Assembly: GCA_040880105.1 (NCBI GenBank)
Contig: JBBDJA010000014.1
Location: 50,624-114,623 of the forward strand
Direction of reading: 5' to 3'
Length of the DNA: 64,000 bases
Source: Waddliaceae bacterium
GTDB taxonomy: Bacteria; Chlamydiota; Chlamydiia; Chlamydiales; SLOH01
Below the pieces are notes generated by a model. The model worked only from the letters and a program-made list of their open reading frames with translations. It was not told where the DNA came from and ran no database searches. Shown piece after piece: positions 34,375 to 43,213 of the stretch; the first letter of the stretch is position 1; each line of letters opens with the position of its first letter. Both the position numbers and the translations under genes were made by a program.

Positions 34375-36954
34375 ATGTATAGAAAATTCAGCTGTTTTAT
34401 TTGTTTTGCAGTTTTGTGTTTTTCGGCAAGTGCAAATACAGCGGATTTTGTTGTGCAGTCGGGAGATACAGTCAATGTTACGCAGGTGCTTTCCGATGAC
34501 GGAGACCAAGGGTTGATTGAAGATGGCGGTGCGATTGAGACTGTAGGTGCCAATGGCGTTAATATGCAAAATAGCAATCAGGTCGTATTAAATGAGGGTG
34601 TTATTTCAACAGACGGGGATGGCACTAACGGGATATTCAGCACTGGATCTAATTCTGAGATAACAAATAGCGGAAGTATTTCAACGGAAGGGATTAACTC
34701 CACTGGGGTTCGGAGTAGTGGATCTGATAATGAGATAACAAATAGTGGAAGTATTTCTGCGGAAGGGAGTGGAGCTAAAGGAATATGGAGCACTGGATCT
34801 GATGCAAAGATAACAAACAGTGGAAGTGTTTCCATACTGGGGGGTATGATGACAACACGTGGGATTTATGTCCAAAATGTCGACAATGCGGTCATATTAA
34901 ACAGTGGAAGCATCTCAATGATAGGAATGGGAGGGGTTGGCGTTGAGAGTAATGGAGTAGATGTTAAAATAACAAACAGCGGAAGTATTTCGACTCAAGG
35001 GAACTCCGGGCAAGGGATTCTCAATAATGGAGATCGTGCATTCATATTAAGTAGTGGAAGCATTTCAACGGAAGGAGGGGGAGCGCATGGGGTTCGCAGT
35101 ACTGGAGTTGATGTTAAAATCACAAATAGCGGGAGTATTTTGATACAGCTTGGTAACTCCCATGGGATTTTCAATCAAGGAGCTAATACTGAGGTAATAA
35201 ATAGCGGAAGTATCTCGACGTTAGGGTTTAATGCTCGCGGGATCCAAAACACTGCGATTGATGTTAAAGTGAAAAATGGCGGAAGCATTTCTACAGTTGG
35301 AGGGGGAGCGCATGGGATCTTCAATCAAGGAGCCAATGCTGAGTTAATGAATAGCGGAAGCATTTTAACACAAGGGGCAGGCTCTCACGGGATATATAAC
35401 TTAGGAGGAGGAGCTAATGCCGTCATATCAAATAGCGGAACCATTTCGACACAAGCGGGAGCCTCTCGTGGGATTTTCAATGAAGCAGATAATGTAGAAA
35501 TAACAAATAGCGGAAGCATTTTAACGGACGGGAATTCTGCTCGCGGAATTGTGAGCAATGGAGCTGATACTAAGATCATAAATAAAGGGAGTATTTCGAC
35601 CAATGGGTTTGACACTTTCGCTATTGAAAGCACAGGAGAAAATGCACTTATAGCAAATAGTGGAAGCATTTCGACTACAGGGGATTCAGCTAATGTGATT
35701 GATAGCCGAGGAGATGATGCGGTCATCATAAATAGCGGTGAGATTACTGCTACAGGTGATGGGGCTCATGGAATATTTTTATTTGAATCAGATGATTCTC
35801 ATATCATTAATTCAGGGACTATCATTTCCACAAATGGCCATGCGATTAATGTTGTGAATTCATTAAACCCAACTCTTACGCTCAATCAAGGCTCAAATAT
35901 TCAAGGCAGTGTTCGGAGTGAAAGTGCTTTAGATTTAAATGTCGGAAGGGGACTGAACCTACTCCTTACACTTACAGATGATAGTGACGGATTTGATCAG
36001 CTCAACATCTCATCGCCATACATTCTTCTTAATAGCAATTCTATTTTCGTTATGGACGGCACCCTTTTTGCTATCCATGAAGACATGGCTCACGATATGT
36101 CAGACTCCATTCTAGGCGGTGTTCGTCACAACTGCTGCCCGAGTCCGTGCGGATGCGGGCTTTGGACGCAAACAATAGGTTCTTATCGCAAGCGATTAGA
36201 AACAGGTGACTCACTCCCATACTCCGATTGGCAATTGGGACAGATGATCGGCTATGACAGAGTTTCCAATGGTGTTACAGTTGGCGTTTTCGGTGGTTAC
36301 CTGCACGGGGAAGGGAAGACATCCGATCCCATCGACAAGATTTGCCAAAATACCTATTTTGGAGGATTGTCTTTAGCCAAGACAGCCTGCGATGCATGTT
36401 TCGGGTTGACGTTTTCAGTCGGTTATGTCGATTGGGACGAGACACTTTATATTATGGATAACCTAGCTCCCGGCGGCATTGATCTCTATGCAAATGGAAA
36501 CTCTGGCACTTTTATCACTTCCGAGTTTTCCTTGATGAAACAATTCTGCACAACCTCCTTCAGTCCCTGTGTGACATTTTCAGTGCGTCATGCCGGTTTA
36601 TATTTAGGTAGCAGTACGGTAGAGGGAACAGACTTGAGCGTTGTGATTAAAAGAAGGGATATCGATCTTCTCTCCACACGTCTGGATGTGGGAATACCTT
36701 TGAGTGTCGATGGCTTCTGCTTCGAGCCTTTCACCGGAATTTATGGCAGATATAAATTGAAAGGAAGTCATATCGAGCTTGAAGGCAGCGACACGACTTT
36801 TCCTGTTGGTCTTAACAATAAACTGATGGCTTGGGTGATAGGAGTCAGAGGGGACCAGTGCTTTTGCAAAAAGCAAGTCACATTTTCTGTTAGCGGCGAT
36901 TTTGATAATGAAAAAAGTTCTCGTGTTTTGGGTAGTTTAGGAATTTATTTCTAA
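34375..36954 (+). CDS. Autotransporter (type Va) / Pmp-like outer-membrane protein with repetitive beta-helical passenger
   Basis: Signal peptide MYRKFSCFICFAVLCFSASA. 17 tandem 25-aa repeats (I-x-N-S-G-S-I-S-T-x-G-x4-G-I-x3-G-x4). Cys-rich junction (NCCPSPCGCGLW). C-terminal beta-barrel of about 280 aa with alternating-hydrophobic strands, ending ...LGSLGIYF. Confidence 0.85.
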   Translation: MYRKFSCFICFAVLCFSASANTADFVVQSGDTVNVTQVLSDDGDQGLIEDGGAIETVGANGVNMQNSNQVVLNEGVISTDGDGTNGIFSTGSNSEITNSGSISTEGINSTGVRSSGSDNEITNSGSISAEGSGAKGIWSTGSDAKITNSGSVSILGGMMTTRGIYVQNVDNAVILNSGSISMIGMGGVGVESNGVDVKITNSGSISTQGNSGQGILNNGDRAFILSSGSISTEGGGAHGVRSTGVDVKITNSGSILIQLGNSHGIFNQGANTEVINSGSISTLGFNARGIQNTAIDVKVKNGGSISTVGGGAHGIFNQGANAELMNSGSILTQGAGSHGIYNLGGGANAVISNSGTISTQAGASRGIFNEADNVEITNSGSILTDGNSARGIVSNGADTKIINKGSISTNGFDTFAIESTGENALIANSGSISTTGDSANVIDSRGDDAVIINSGEITATGDGAHGIFLFESDDSHIINSGTIISTNGHAINVVNSLNPTLTLNQGSNIQGSVRSESALDLNVGRGLNLLLTLTDDSDGFDQLNISSPYILLNSNSIFVMDGTLFAIHEDMAHDMSDSILGGVRHNCCPSPCGCGLWTQTIGSYRKRLETGDSLPYSDWQLGQMIGYDRVSNGVTVGVFGGYLHGEGKTSDPIDKICQNTYFGGLSLAKTACDACFGLTFSVGYVDWDETLYIMDNLAPGGIDLYANGNSGTFITSEFSLMKQFCTTSFSPCVTFSVRHAGLYLGSSTVEGTDLSVVIKRRDIDLLSTRLDVGIPLSVDGFCFEPFTGIYGRYKLKGSHIELEGSDTTFPVGLNNKLMAWVIGVRGDQCFCKKQVTFSVSGDFDNEKSSRVLGSLGIYF
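34585..35874 (+). repeat. Tandem coding repeat array, 17 units of about 75 nt (25 aa; four units are 24-28 aa)
   Basis: Units read from the translation, for example ITNSGSISTEGINSTGVRSSGSDNE / ITNSGSISAEGSGAKGIWSTGSDAK / ITNSGSISTQGNSGQGILNNGDRAF ... Confidence 0.8.
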
Positions 36955-37056
36955 TCACAGGCGTGCATTCTTAAGTGGCCCCTACCTTTATAGATTATAC
37001 ACACCCACTGGATGAAATGATTTTAAATCCGTAGGTGTGGAAGCGGCGTGTTAAGT

Positions 37057-38778
37057 TTACTTTTCAACTCTTTTAGAAGCAAAAAAGGAACAGAAAAAAT
37101 ATGCCGGATCTACGCCTAAAGCTTTAGAGATCAGTTCTGCTTGCCGAAAAATCAACTCTTTTCTTCTTTGATTTTCCCCTGTCTTAAAATCATTTTGAAT
37201 ATGAATCCGGGAATTTTCCAGCCGAGAAATAGTAGAAGCTGACCTTGGTGTATCACTCAGTAGATGGATTTTAGTCGTATTAGGAGTCTCTTTGGCTTTT
37301 TCTTCTTTAATTTCTTTTTTAACCTGAGAGTCGAGTTTGTCAGCCAACTCTTTTTGGGTCAGACCGCGAAGCTTTGTGCGAAAATCTCTAAGGAGAAGCG
37401 CTTGAAAAGCTTGCTCCATTTTTTGATAAGAGCGTACAACTTCTCGAATGTCTCTTAGCGTGTTATCGTAGTTTTTTTTATCAGCTTTATACCTTTCTTG
37501 TAATTCTTTGCACCACGCTTTATCTTCCTTCATGGCTTCAATACTAATACAGAAAAGAGATTGCAGTGTTTTGTTTAGGATCGTGTTATTTGCTGTCTGA
37601 AGAGTTAGGCATGCTCTAATAACATGTCTATCGGCAGGTTTAATGGCCTTTTTAAAACGCTCGTTAATGATATTTTGAATTTTAGTATCCGTAAATTGAG
37701 ATTCACGGATGATTTCAAATTTACGTTGATAGAAAATTTTTCTTATTACAGGAAGGTCTTTCTGGTTCGCCTTAGAAAAGTTATTGGAAAGAAGATAGTC
37801 GAAAAAGGTATTTCCTTTTTTTAAATCTTCCGGTTTTTCAGCAAGCTCAATCAATTCCTTGACTTTCTCTTTGTAAATCCTAATGGTTTCTCTCTTTTCT
37901 GAAGTAAGATTTTTTGATACCTTAGGGCGTGTTTCCAGTTGGTGTAAGAAGCAGTCAAGAAACTCTCGGGTCGCTTCACATGGAGTAATTTTGCCTTTTG
38001 CAAGCTTATTGATCAGATTAATCGTATCTATTCTTAATGCATTTTTACATTTGGAGTTTCCGTCAATTAGAGTGTCGACTTGGTTTACAAAGGTCGGAAG
38101 TCCTACGGTCGAGTTGTTAAGTGTATCGATGTGAGAACCTTGTAAAAAGGAATAGTATTTTGGTTTTTTTTTCTTGGCTATTGCATCCTTATACTCGTCA
38201 TTTGGACACGCTTTTAGGCTTGGTATGGTACTGGAGTGGGCGGCTTGGTATCCGGTCTCTATTGTCTTACTATACTTTGCGTTAGGATTCTCTTTTATCT
38301 CAATATCTTCTTTTTCTTCCTCACCCTCTTTTACCTCACCATCCTCTGTTTTCATCATTAGTTTTTTTGCTTCAAAAATTTGTCCTTCAGTGTCACCGAT
38401 TTCAAAGTGGAAAGGTGTTCGATAGCAAGCAATCGCTTGTTGAAAAAACAGGGCAACTCGTGTGGCTACATGATGCTCAATTAGGTCTCTATGGGACTTT
38501 GCTAACTTAACCTTATCTGCATGAAGCATATATGTTTTTTTGCTGACAACGAAGGTTTTTGATTTAGATAGTTTAACGCCATCGCGAATAACAAGTAGTG
38601 TACGCAAAGGATCTCTAAAAGAGATGGAGTTCAAGGCTTCTTGAAAAGCGGAATTGAGTTCAAAGAGAACAGCGTTCCATTTATTGGCGCGACTTTTTCC
38701 TCTGTTAGCCGGTAAAGGAAGTAAAGGATCTCTTGTTGAAGAAACGTCGGAATTAAAGGGGGAGAGAGCATTTGTCAT
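37057..38778 (-). CDS. Large hypothetical protein with C-terminal XRE-type helix-turn-helix interrupted by a K/E-rich insert
   Basis: 573 aa. The C-terminus reads LRGLTQKELADKL-(about 35 aa KKEIKEEKAKETPNTT...)-STISRLENSR...ELISKALGVDPAYFF. The N-terminal 450 aa have no recognised motif. Confidence 0.7.
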   Translation of the reverse strand: MTNALSPFNSDVSSTRDPLLPLPANRGKSRANKWNAVLFELNSAFQEALNSISFRDPLRTLLVIRDGVKLSKSKTFVVSKKTYMLHADKVKLAKSHRDLIEHHVATRVALFFQQAIACYRTPFHFEIGDTEGQIFEAKKLMMKTEDGEVKEGEEEKEDIEIKENPNAKYSKTIETGYQAAHSSTIPSLKACPNDEYKDAIAKKKKPKYYSFLQGSHIDTLNNSTVGLPTFVNQVDTLIDGNSKCKNALRIDTINLINKLAKGKITPCEATREFLDCFLHQLETRPKVSKNLTSEKRETIRIYKEKVKELIELAEKPEDLKKGNTFFDYLLSNNFSKANQKDLPVIRKIFYQRKFEIIRESQFTDTKIQNIINERFKKAIKPADRHVIRACLTLQTANNTILNKTLQSLFCISIEAMKEDKAWCKELQERYKADKKNYDNTLRDIREVVRSYQKMEQAFQALLLRDFRTKLRGLTQKELADKLDSQVKKEIKEEKAKETPNTTKIHLLSDTPRSASTISRLENSRIHIQNDFKTGENQRRKELIFRQAELISKALGVDPAYFFCSFFASKRVEK

Positions 38779-39089
38779 ATGGTATTATTTGGTTATTTTT
38801 TAATGATGATAACATAAAAGTTTTTGGTTTTCAATTTAAATATTATATTAACTTTTATGCATATTGAAAAATAAATTTGTTATTTTTTTTAAAGAGGGAT
38901 TGTTGGTTTACTGTTTTCAATAATATGTTTTGTTCAAATAGGGGAAATAATGTTGGTATTGTCCCATGGCAAGTAAGTTTTCAATATTGCAACGGAGGTA
39001 GATCGAGCGATATGAGTCACTGGATTTGATTCAATTTTCATAAATAGTGGGAGCATGTTAACGAATGAGATTTCCAACTGAGGAGATTA

Positions 39090-39421
39090 CACAGTGATAG
39101 TACATAGCGGTCAGGCTGATTGTAAGAGGTGATGGACCTTTTATCCGAGTCAGATAATTCTCTCAGGAGAGTCATTGATGAATTGCATGAATTCACAGAG
39201 TCTGACTCTTAAATCAAGGTGCATATGACCGACATGTTGTCAGACTACATTTCACGTAGAGTGGATCAAAACTGCCATCTAAATCCCTACGGCAATTTTG
39301 GGCTGCGGATACGAAAAATCAACGCTTCTCTCAAGGGGGTAGAGATAAACTTTTCATAGAAACAATCCATTTGAGAATTGGAAGTTTGTTGTTTCTGGGT
39401 AGTTTAGGGATTTTTTCTTAA
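39090..39421 (+). pseudogene. Possible decayed 3' fragment of an autotransporter paralogue
   Basis: 39391-39421 (gtttctgggtagtttagggattttttcttaa) aligns with the last 30 nt of the intact autotransporter at 36925-36954 (gttttgggtagtttaggaatttatttctaa). It encodes ...LGSLGIFS*. The upstream frames are broken by several stops. The left boundary is a guess. Confidence 0.3.
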
Positions 39422-39447
39422 CACTTGAGTATGTCTTGAAATTAACT

Positions 39448-39472
39448 GAAGAGGGATGTCTCCTCTTTTTTT
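39448..39472 (+). terminator. Terminator-like hairpin + T-run behind the putative pseudogene
   Basis: gAAGAGGgatgtctCCTCTTttttt. Confidence 0.4.
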
Positions 39473-39536
39473 GATCATTCAGTCTTTTTAGATCCTAGTT
39501 GTTTATGTTAATTAATTAAAATTAATAAATGTTCGT

Positions 39537-39565
39537 TTGCAAAATATAGAATTTTGTAATATATT
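39537..39565 (+). promoter_or_regulatory. Candidate sigma70-type promoter for queD-folE
   Basis: TTGCAA - 17 nt - TATATT, about 48 nt upstream of the queD GTG start. AT-rich context, so low specificity. Confidence 0.3.
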
Positions 39566-39612
39566 TTTTCTTGAAATATCTGTTTCCAAAATAATATTGT
39601 TGTAGGTGAAGC

Positions 39613-40044
39613 GTGAAAAAAATTACATGTACAAGAAAGATACACTTTTGCGCAGGACACCGGGTCATGAACCACGAGAGCAAGTGCGCCACTGTTCATG
39701 GGCATAATTATTATGTGTACTTGACAGCACAGGCACCCTCGCTCGATTCACTTGGACGGGTAGTTGATTTTACCGTCTTAAAAGAAAAAATTGGCGGCTG
39801 GATCGATGAGAATTGGGATCATACGTTTTTGGTCTGCGATCAAGATACAGAGCTTGTTCATGTGCTAGAGACTCTATCTCAGAGAAAAAAACCCTTTATT
39901 TGTCCCTTTAATCCGACCGCTGAGGAAATGGCGATTTATCTATTAAAGAAGGTCTCTCCCGAATTATTGGAAGGAACAGGTGTTGTAATCACAAAAGTCG
40001 CAGTTCACGAGACAGATAACTGTTATGCAGAAGCAAGTTTATAA
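39613..40044 (+). CDS. queD: 6-carboxy-5,6,7,8-tetrahydropterin synthase / 6-pyruvoyl-tetrahydropterin synthase family
   Basis: FCAGHRVMNHESKCATVHGHNY carries the CxxxHGH zinc/catalytic signature of the PTPS/QueD family. 143 aa, GTG start. Confidence 0.8.
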   Translation: MKKITCTRKIHFCAGHRVMNHESKCATVHGHNYYVYLTAQAPSLDSLGRVVDFTVLKEKIGGWIDENWDHTFLVCDQDTELVHVLETLSQRKKPFICPFNPTAEEMAIYLLKKVSPELLEGTGVVITKVAVHETDNCYAEASL

Positions 40045-40062
40045 GGTTAAGGAAAAATACAA

Positions 40063-40728
40063 ATGTCAAATCATATAATAGAAGACGTTATACAAGCGGT
40101 AATGGAAGGGAGTACACCTTATCCTTTTTTAGATAACGGGCTGTCGGATCAAAGAAAAATTGAGATCATCGAGCATCACTTTTCAAAGATCTTGGAAACT
40201 CTCGGAATGGACTTAACCGATGACTCTTTAATGATGACTCCGCGCAGATATGCCAAAATGTTTGTACTGGAGTTATTTCAAGGGTTGAAAGAGTCATCCT
40301 TTCCAAAGATCACTACACAGGAAAATAAATTCCAGTACAATAATCCACTGATTGAATCGAATATTTCAGTTCAAAGTGTATGTGAACATCACTTTATTCC
40401 AATTATTGGTTACTGCCATATTGCATACATCCCAAAAGATCGCGTGATTGGACTCTCGAAACTTAATCGATTGACTCATCACTTTGCAAGGCGGCCGCAA
40501 GTACAAGAACGGATGACAAAACAAATTTCTGAGACGCTTTCTGAAATACTAGAGACACCGGATGTTGCTGTGGTAATAGACGCAATGCACTTTTGCGTCC
40601 GTATGCGGGGAATTCAAGATCAAGAGGCGTTGACAAGGACGATGGATTTAAATGGGGCATTTTTAGAAGATCCAATCCGTAGAGAATTTTTTGAGACCAT
40701 TCCTAAGATTTCCGAAGTAAAAATTTAA
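40063..40728 (+). CDS. folE: GTP cyclohydrolase I
   Basis: SVCEHHFIPIIG, LSKLNRLTHHFARRPQVQERMT. 221 aa. Confidence 0.93.
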   Translation: MSNHIIEDVIQAVMEGSTPYPFLDNGLSDQRKIEIIEHHFSKILETLGMDLTDDSLMMTPRRYAKMFVLELFQGLKESSFPKITTQENKFQYNNPLIESNISVQSVCEHHFIPIIGYCHIAYIPKDRVIGLSKLNRLTHHFARRPQVQERMTKQISETLSEILETPDVAVVIDAMHFCVRMRGIQDQEALTRTMDLNGAFLEDPIRREFFETIPKISEVKI

Positions 40729-41034
40729 TCTAATGGCTAGATCTATAAGGATATGCCCATCATGAGTGCTAAATATTACGCAGACATGTTTAAACTCTGG
40801 GTGTGACACTCTCTTAGCCACCTCATTCTTCTTTCAAGAATCGTATATAGGATTTTCTAAATCTGTCTAACTATCAAATTTTCTTAACTTTATTGAAGCA
40901 TGTGAATGTTCAGAGATTCTTATTGTTTATTTAGAACCTATTAATTTAATTAAATGGAAATTACGTTTTATCGACATTGCAAATTAAAATAAATTTTAAT
41001 ATGGTGAAAAATAGAATTTCAACCGAGATCTGAG

Positions 41035-42444
41035 ATGTTATCAAGAAAGGAAAAGCTCATTATTGTCTCCAATCGACTTCCCTATACAAGAGTGAGTGAC
41101 TCACATTGGGAGAAATCATCCGGAGGACTCATTACAGCGCTGGATCCGATTGCAAAAAAAAAACGCGCCATCTGGCTTGGGTGGGACGGCTGTTTAAAAA
41201 ATGATTCTGACATTTCTTCCTTCAAACTTATAGATACTGCGAATTTGAATGGGAAGAATGAAGAGGGGTATCAGCTCGGCTGCATCCCGCTTTCTAAAAA
41301 TGAAGTCGATCAATACTATAATTGTTTCTCCAATCAAACGCTTTGGGCTCTTTTTCATTATTTTTTTGAAAAATCAGCTCTTGACTACTCGACATGGGCA
41401 GTCTATGAAGAGGTTAATCAAAGATTTGCAGCCTACATCGATCAAGTGGCAGAAGATGACGATATTGTGTGGATTCAAGACTACCATTTATTTCTCGTTC
41501 CTCAGTTTCTTAGATCTTTAAGACCGAGATTGAAGATTCATTTCTTTTTGCATATCCCTTTTCCTCATAACGATATTTTTTCGATTTTACCATGGAGCCG
41601 CCAAATTTTAGAGTCGATGCTTTGTTGCAACAGTATCGGCTTTCATCATCGACAATATCTTGCAAACTTTGAAGAGTCCATTACTAGCCATCAATTAGTG
41701 AATGCATATTCACAGTTATTTGTTAATCCGATTTCAGTGGACTTCACAAATATTGATAGCACCAGCAAATCCGACCGCGTTTCCAAACGATCAAAAGAAA
41801 TTCGAAAAGAAATAGGTGTCAGTAAGATGCTAATAGGGGTAGACCGAATCGACTACTCTAAAGGGATTAAAGAGCGACTCCTTGCAATTGAATGGTTATT
41901 AAAAGAGTCTCCGGAACTAAGGGGGAAATTTATTTTCCATCAAATTGTCGTTCCGAGTCGAGAGTCTGTCGGATCCTATCGGGAGTTAAAGCGAGAAGTT
42001 GATGAAATTGTGGGGAGAATCAACGGGACCTACTCAACGGATCACTGGATTCCTATTCATTATCATTATCACACAGTCTCATTTGAAGATTTAATCGCCT
42101 TATATTTGGCAGCAGATATCGCCTTGGTGACACCGCTACGCGATGGGATGAACCTGGTTTGCAAGGAGTTTGTAGCGGCCCATTCAGATGACGACGGGAT
42201 TCTAATCCTTTCGCGATTTGCCGGCGCATATGCCGAGCTTCAAGACTGCTTAGTTGTCAATCCGTATAATATCGAAGAGGTGAAAAATACCATCTACAAA
42301 GCCATTCACATGCCTAAGGAAGAGCGGGTTAAACGCATGCAGAATATGAGAAAAAGCATTCAGTCTCATGATATTCATTCTTGGATGAAGAACTGCGCAG
42401 TCTTTCGACGTGCCGGAATTTATTTTCTCTTGAACCCTCGGTAG
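41035..42444 (+). CDS. otsA: Alpha,alpha-trehalose-phosphate synthase (GT20)
   Basis: IIVSNRLPY, LWALFHY, WIQDYHL, GVDRIDYSKGI, TPLRDGMNLVCKEF. Confidence 0.9.
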   Translation: MLSRKEKLIIVSNRLPYTRVSDSHWEKSSGGLITALDPIAKKKRAIWLGWDGCLKNDSDISSFKLIDTANLNGKNEEGYQLGCIPLSKNEVDQYYNCFSNQTLWALFHYFFEKSALDYSTWAVYEEVNQRFAAYIDQVAEDDDIVWIQDYHLFLVPQFLRSLRPRLKIHFFLHIPFPHNDIFSILPWSRQILESMLCCNSIGFHHRQYLANFEESITSHQLVNAYSQLFVNPISVDFTNIDSTSKSDRVSKRSKEIRKEIGVSKMLIGVDRIDYSKGIKERLLAIEWLLKESPELRGKFIFHQIVVPSRESVGSYRELKREVDEIVGRINGTYSTDHWIPIHYHYHTVSFEDLIALYLAADIALVTPLRDGMNLVCKEFVAAHSDDDGILILSRFAGAYAELQDCLVVNPYNIEEVKNTIYKAIHMPKEERVKRMQNMRKSIQSHDIHSWMKNCAVFRRAGIYFLLNPR

Positions 42445-43193
42445 GCGCTTTCCCAAGTATATGAAACCCTCTCTTGCTTCTCTTTGTCAAAGCGAACTTG
42501 AATGCTTAGGTAGGGGTATGAGTGGGTATTATCACCATTACGCCCTTCATCCTCAAGAAAGAGTTTGATGAAAATTTCCTTGTTATACCAAGGAAGCGTG
42601 GAAACATTCGTTTTCTTTTCATATCGGTCGAATTCTGATTCCGGATAATATTTGGTGATAAGGTCTACGATTTCTGAAGGTTGCGTCTCCATCTCTTTTA
42701 CATAAAATGAAACCTCGGCTCCGATTTGATGTTTCGAGGTTTGGTTTTCTTTTGAGGGATCAACGAAGCGGTTGTGCGTTGGGCATCTGTGTCCGGAAGT
42801 GATGATGACTTTTTTTTCGGTTTTATCTTGAATGTAGTTCAAAAGGTCGATGAGGATCGGATAGATGAACTCTTTATCATTATCAAGGGGGAGAGTATGA
42901 CGATGTCCATCTACGCAGTCGCGAAGCACAATCGTTTCTTCATTTTCTGTTTCGACCCTCTCTGCATGTAAACCCGATCCCCGACAGCGGAAATGCTCTT
43001 TAGTGATTTGGTAAGGTTCAGTTGCAAAACGCTTTTCCCATGAGTAAGGAGAACGCTCTTTTTTTTCTTGATTGAGAGACGGTACTGTTTTATCGCTCTG
43101 CTTTCGTTTTATGTAGCCACCTCTAATTCCACCCTCTAGAGTATTGATGCAACCGAAAAAAATGATAAGAAGAAGGAGCGAATATTTTTTCAT
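42420..43193 (-). CDS. Secreted/lipoprotein-like protein with peptidase M15A (YcbK/DUF882)-like motif
   Basis: Signal sequence MKKYSLLLLIIFFGC. ITSGHRCPTHNRFV...SKHQIGAEVSF resembles the SGYR..N...S.H..G.A.D zinc-peptidase motif. The assignment is tentative. Confidence 0.5.
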   Translation of the reverse strand: MKKYSLLLLIIFFGCINTLEGGIRGGYIKRKQSDKTVPSLNQEKKERSPYSWEKRFATEPYQITKEHFRCRGSGLHAERVETENEETIVLRDCVDGHRHTLPLDNDKEFIYPILIDLLNYIQDKTEKKVIITSGHRCPTHNRFVDPSKENQTSKHQIGAEVSFYVKEMETQPSEIVDLITKYYPESEFDRYEKKTNVSTLPWYNKEIFIKLFLEDEGRNGDNTHSYPYLSIQVRFDKEKQERVSYTWESAYRGFKRK

Positions 43194-43213
43194 TATGTTA
43201 TCCTCTCTATCAT

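Noticed and set aside
34578-35729. Minus-strand ORFs (85, 64 and 114 aa) inside the autotransporter repeat array
   Set aside because: They are repetitive mirror frames of the 75-nt repeat units, with no independent start context. The plus-strand gene has a signal peptide and a barrel.
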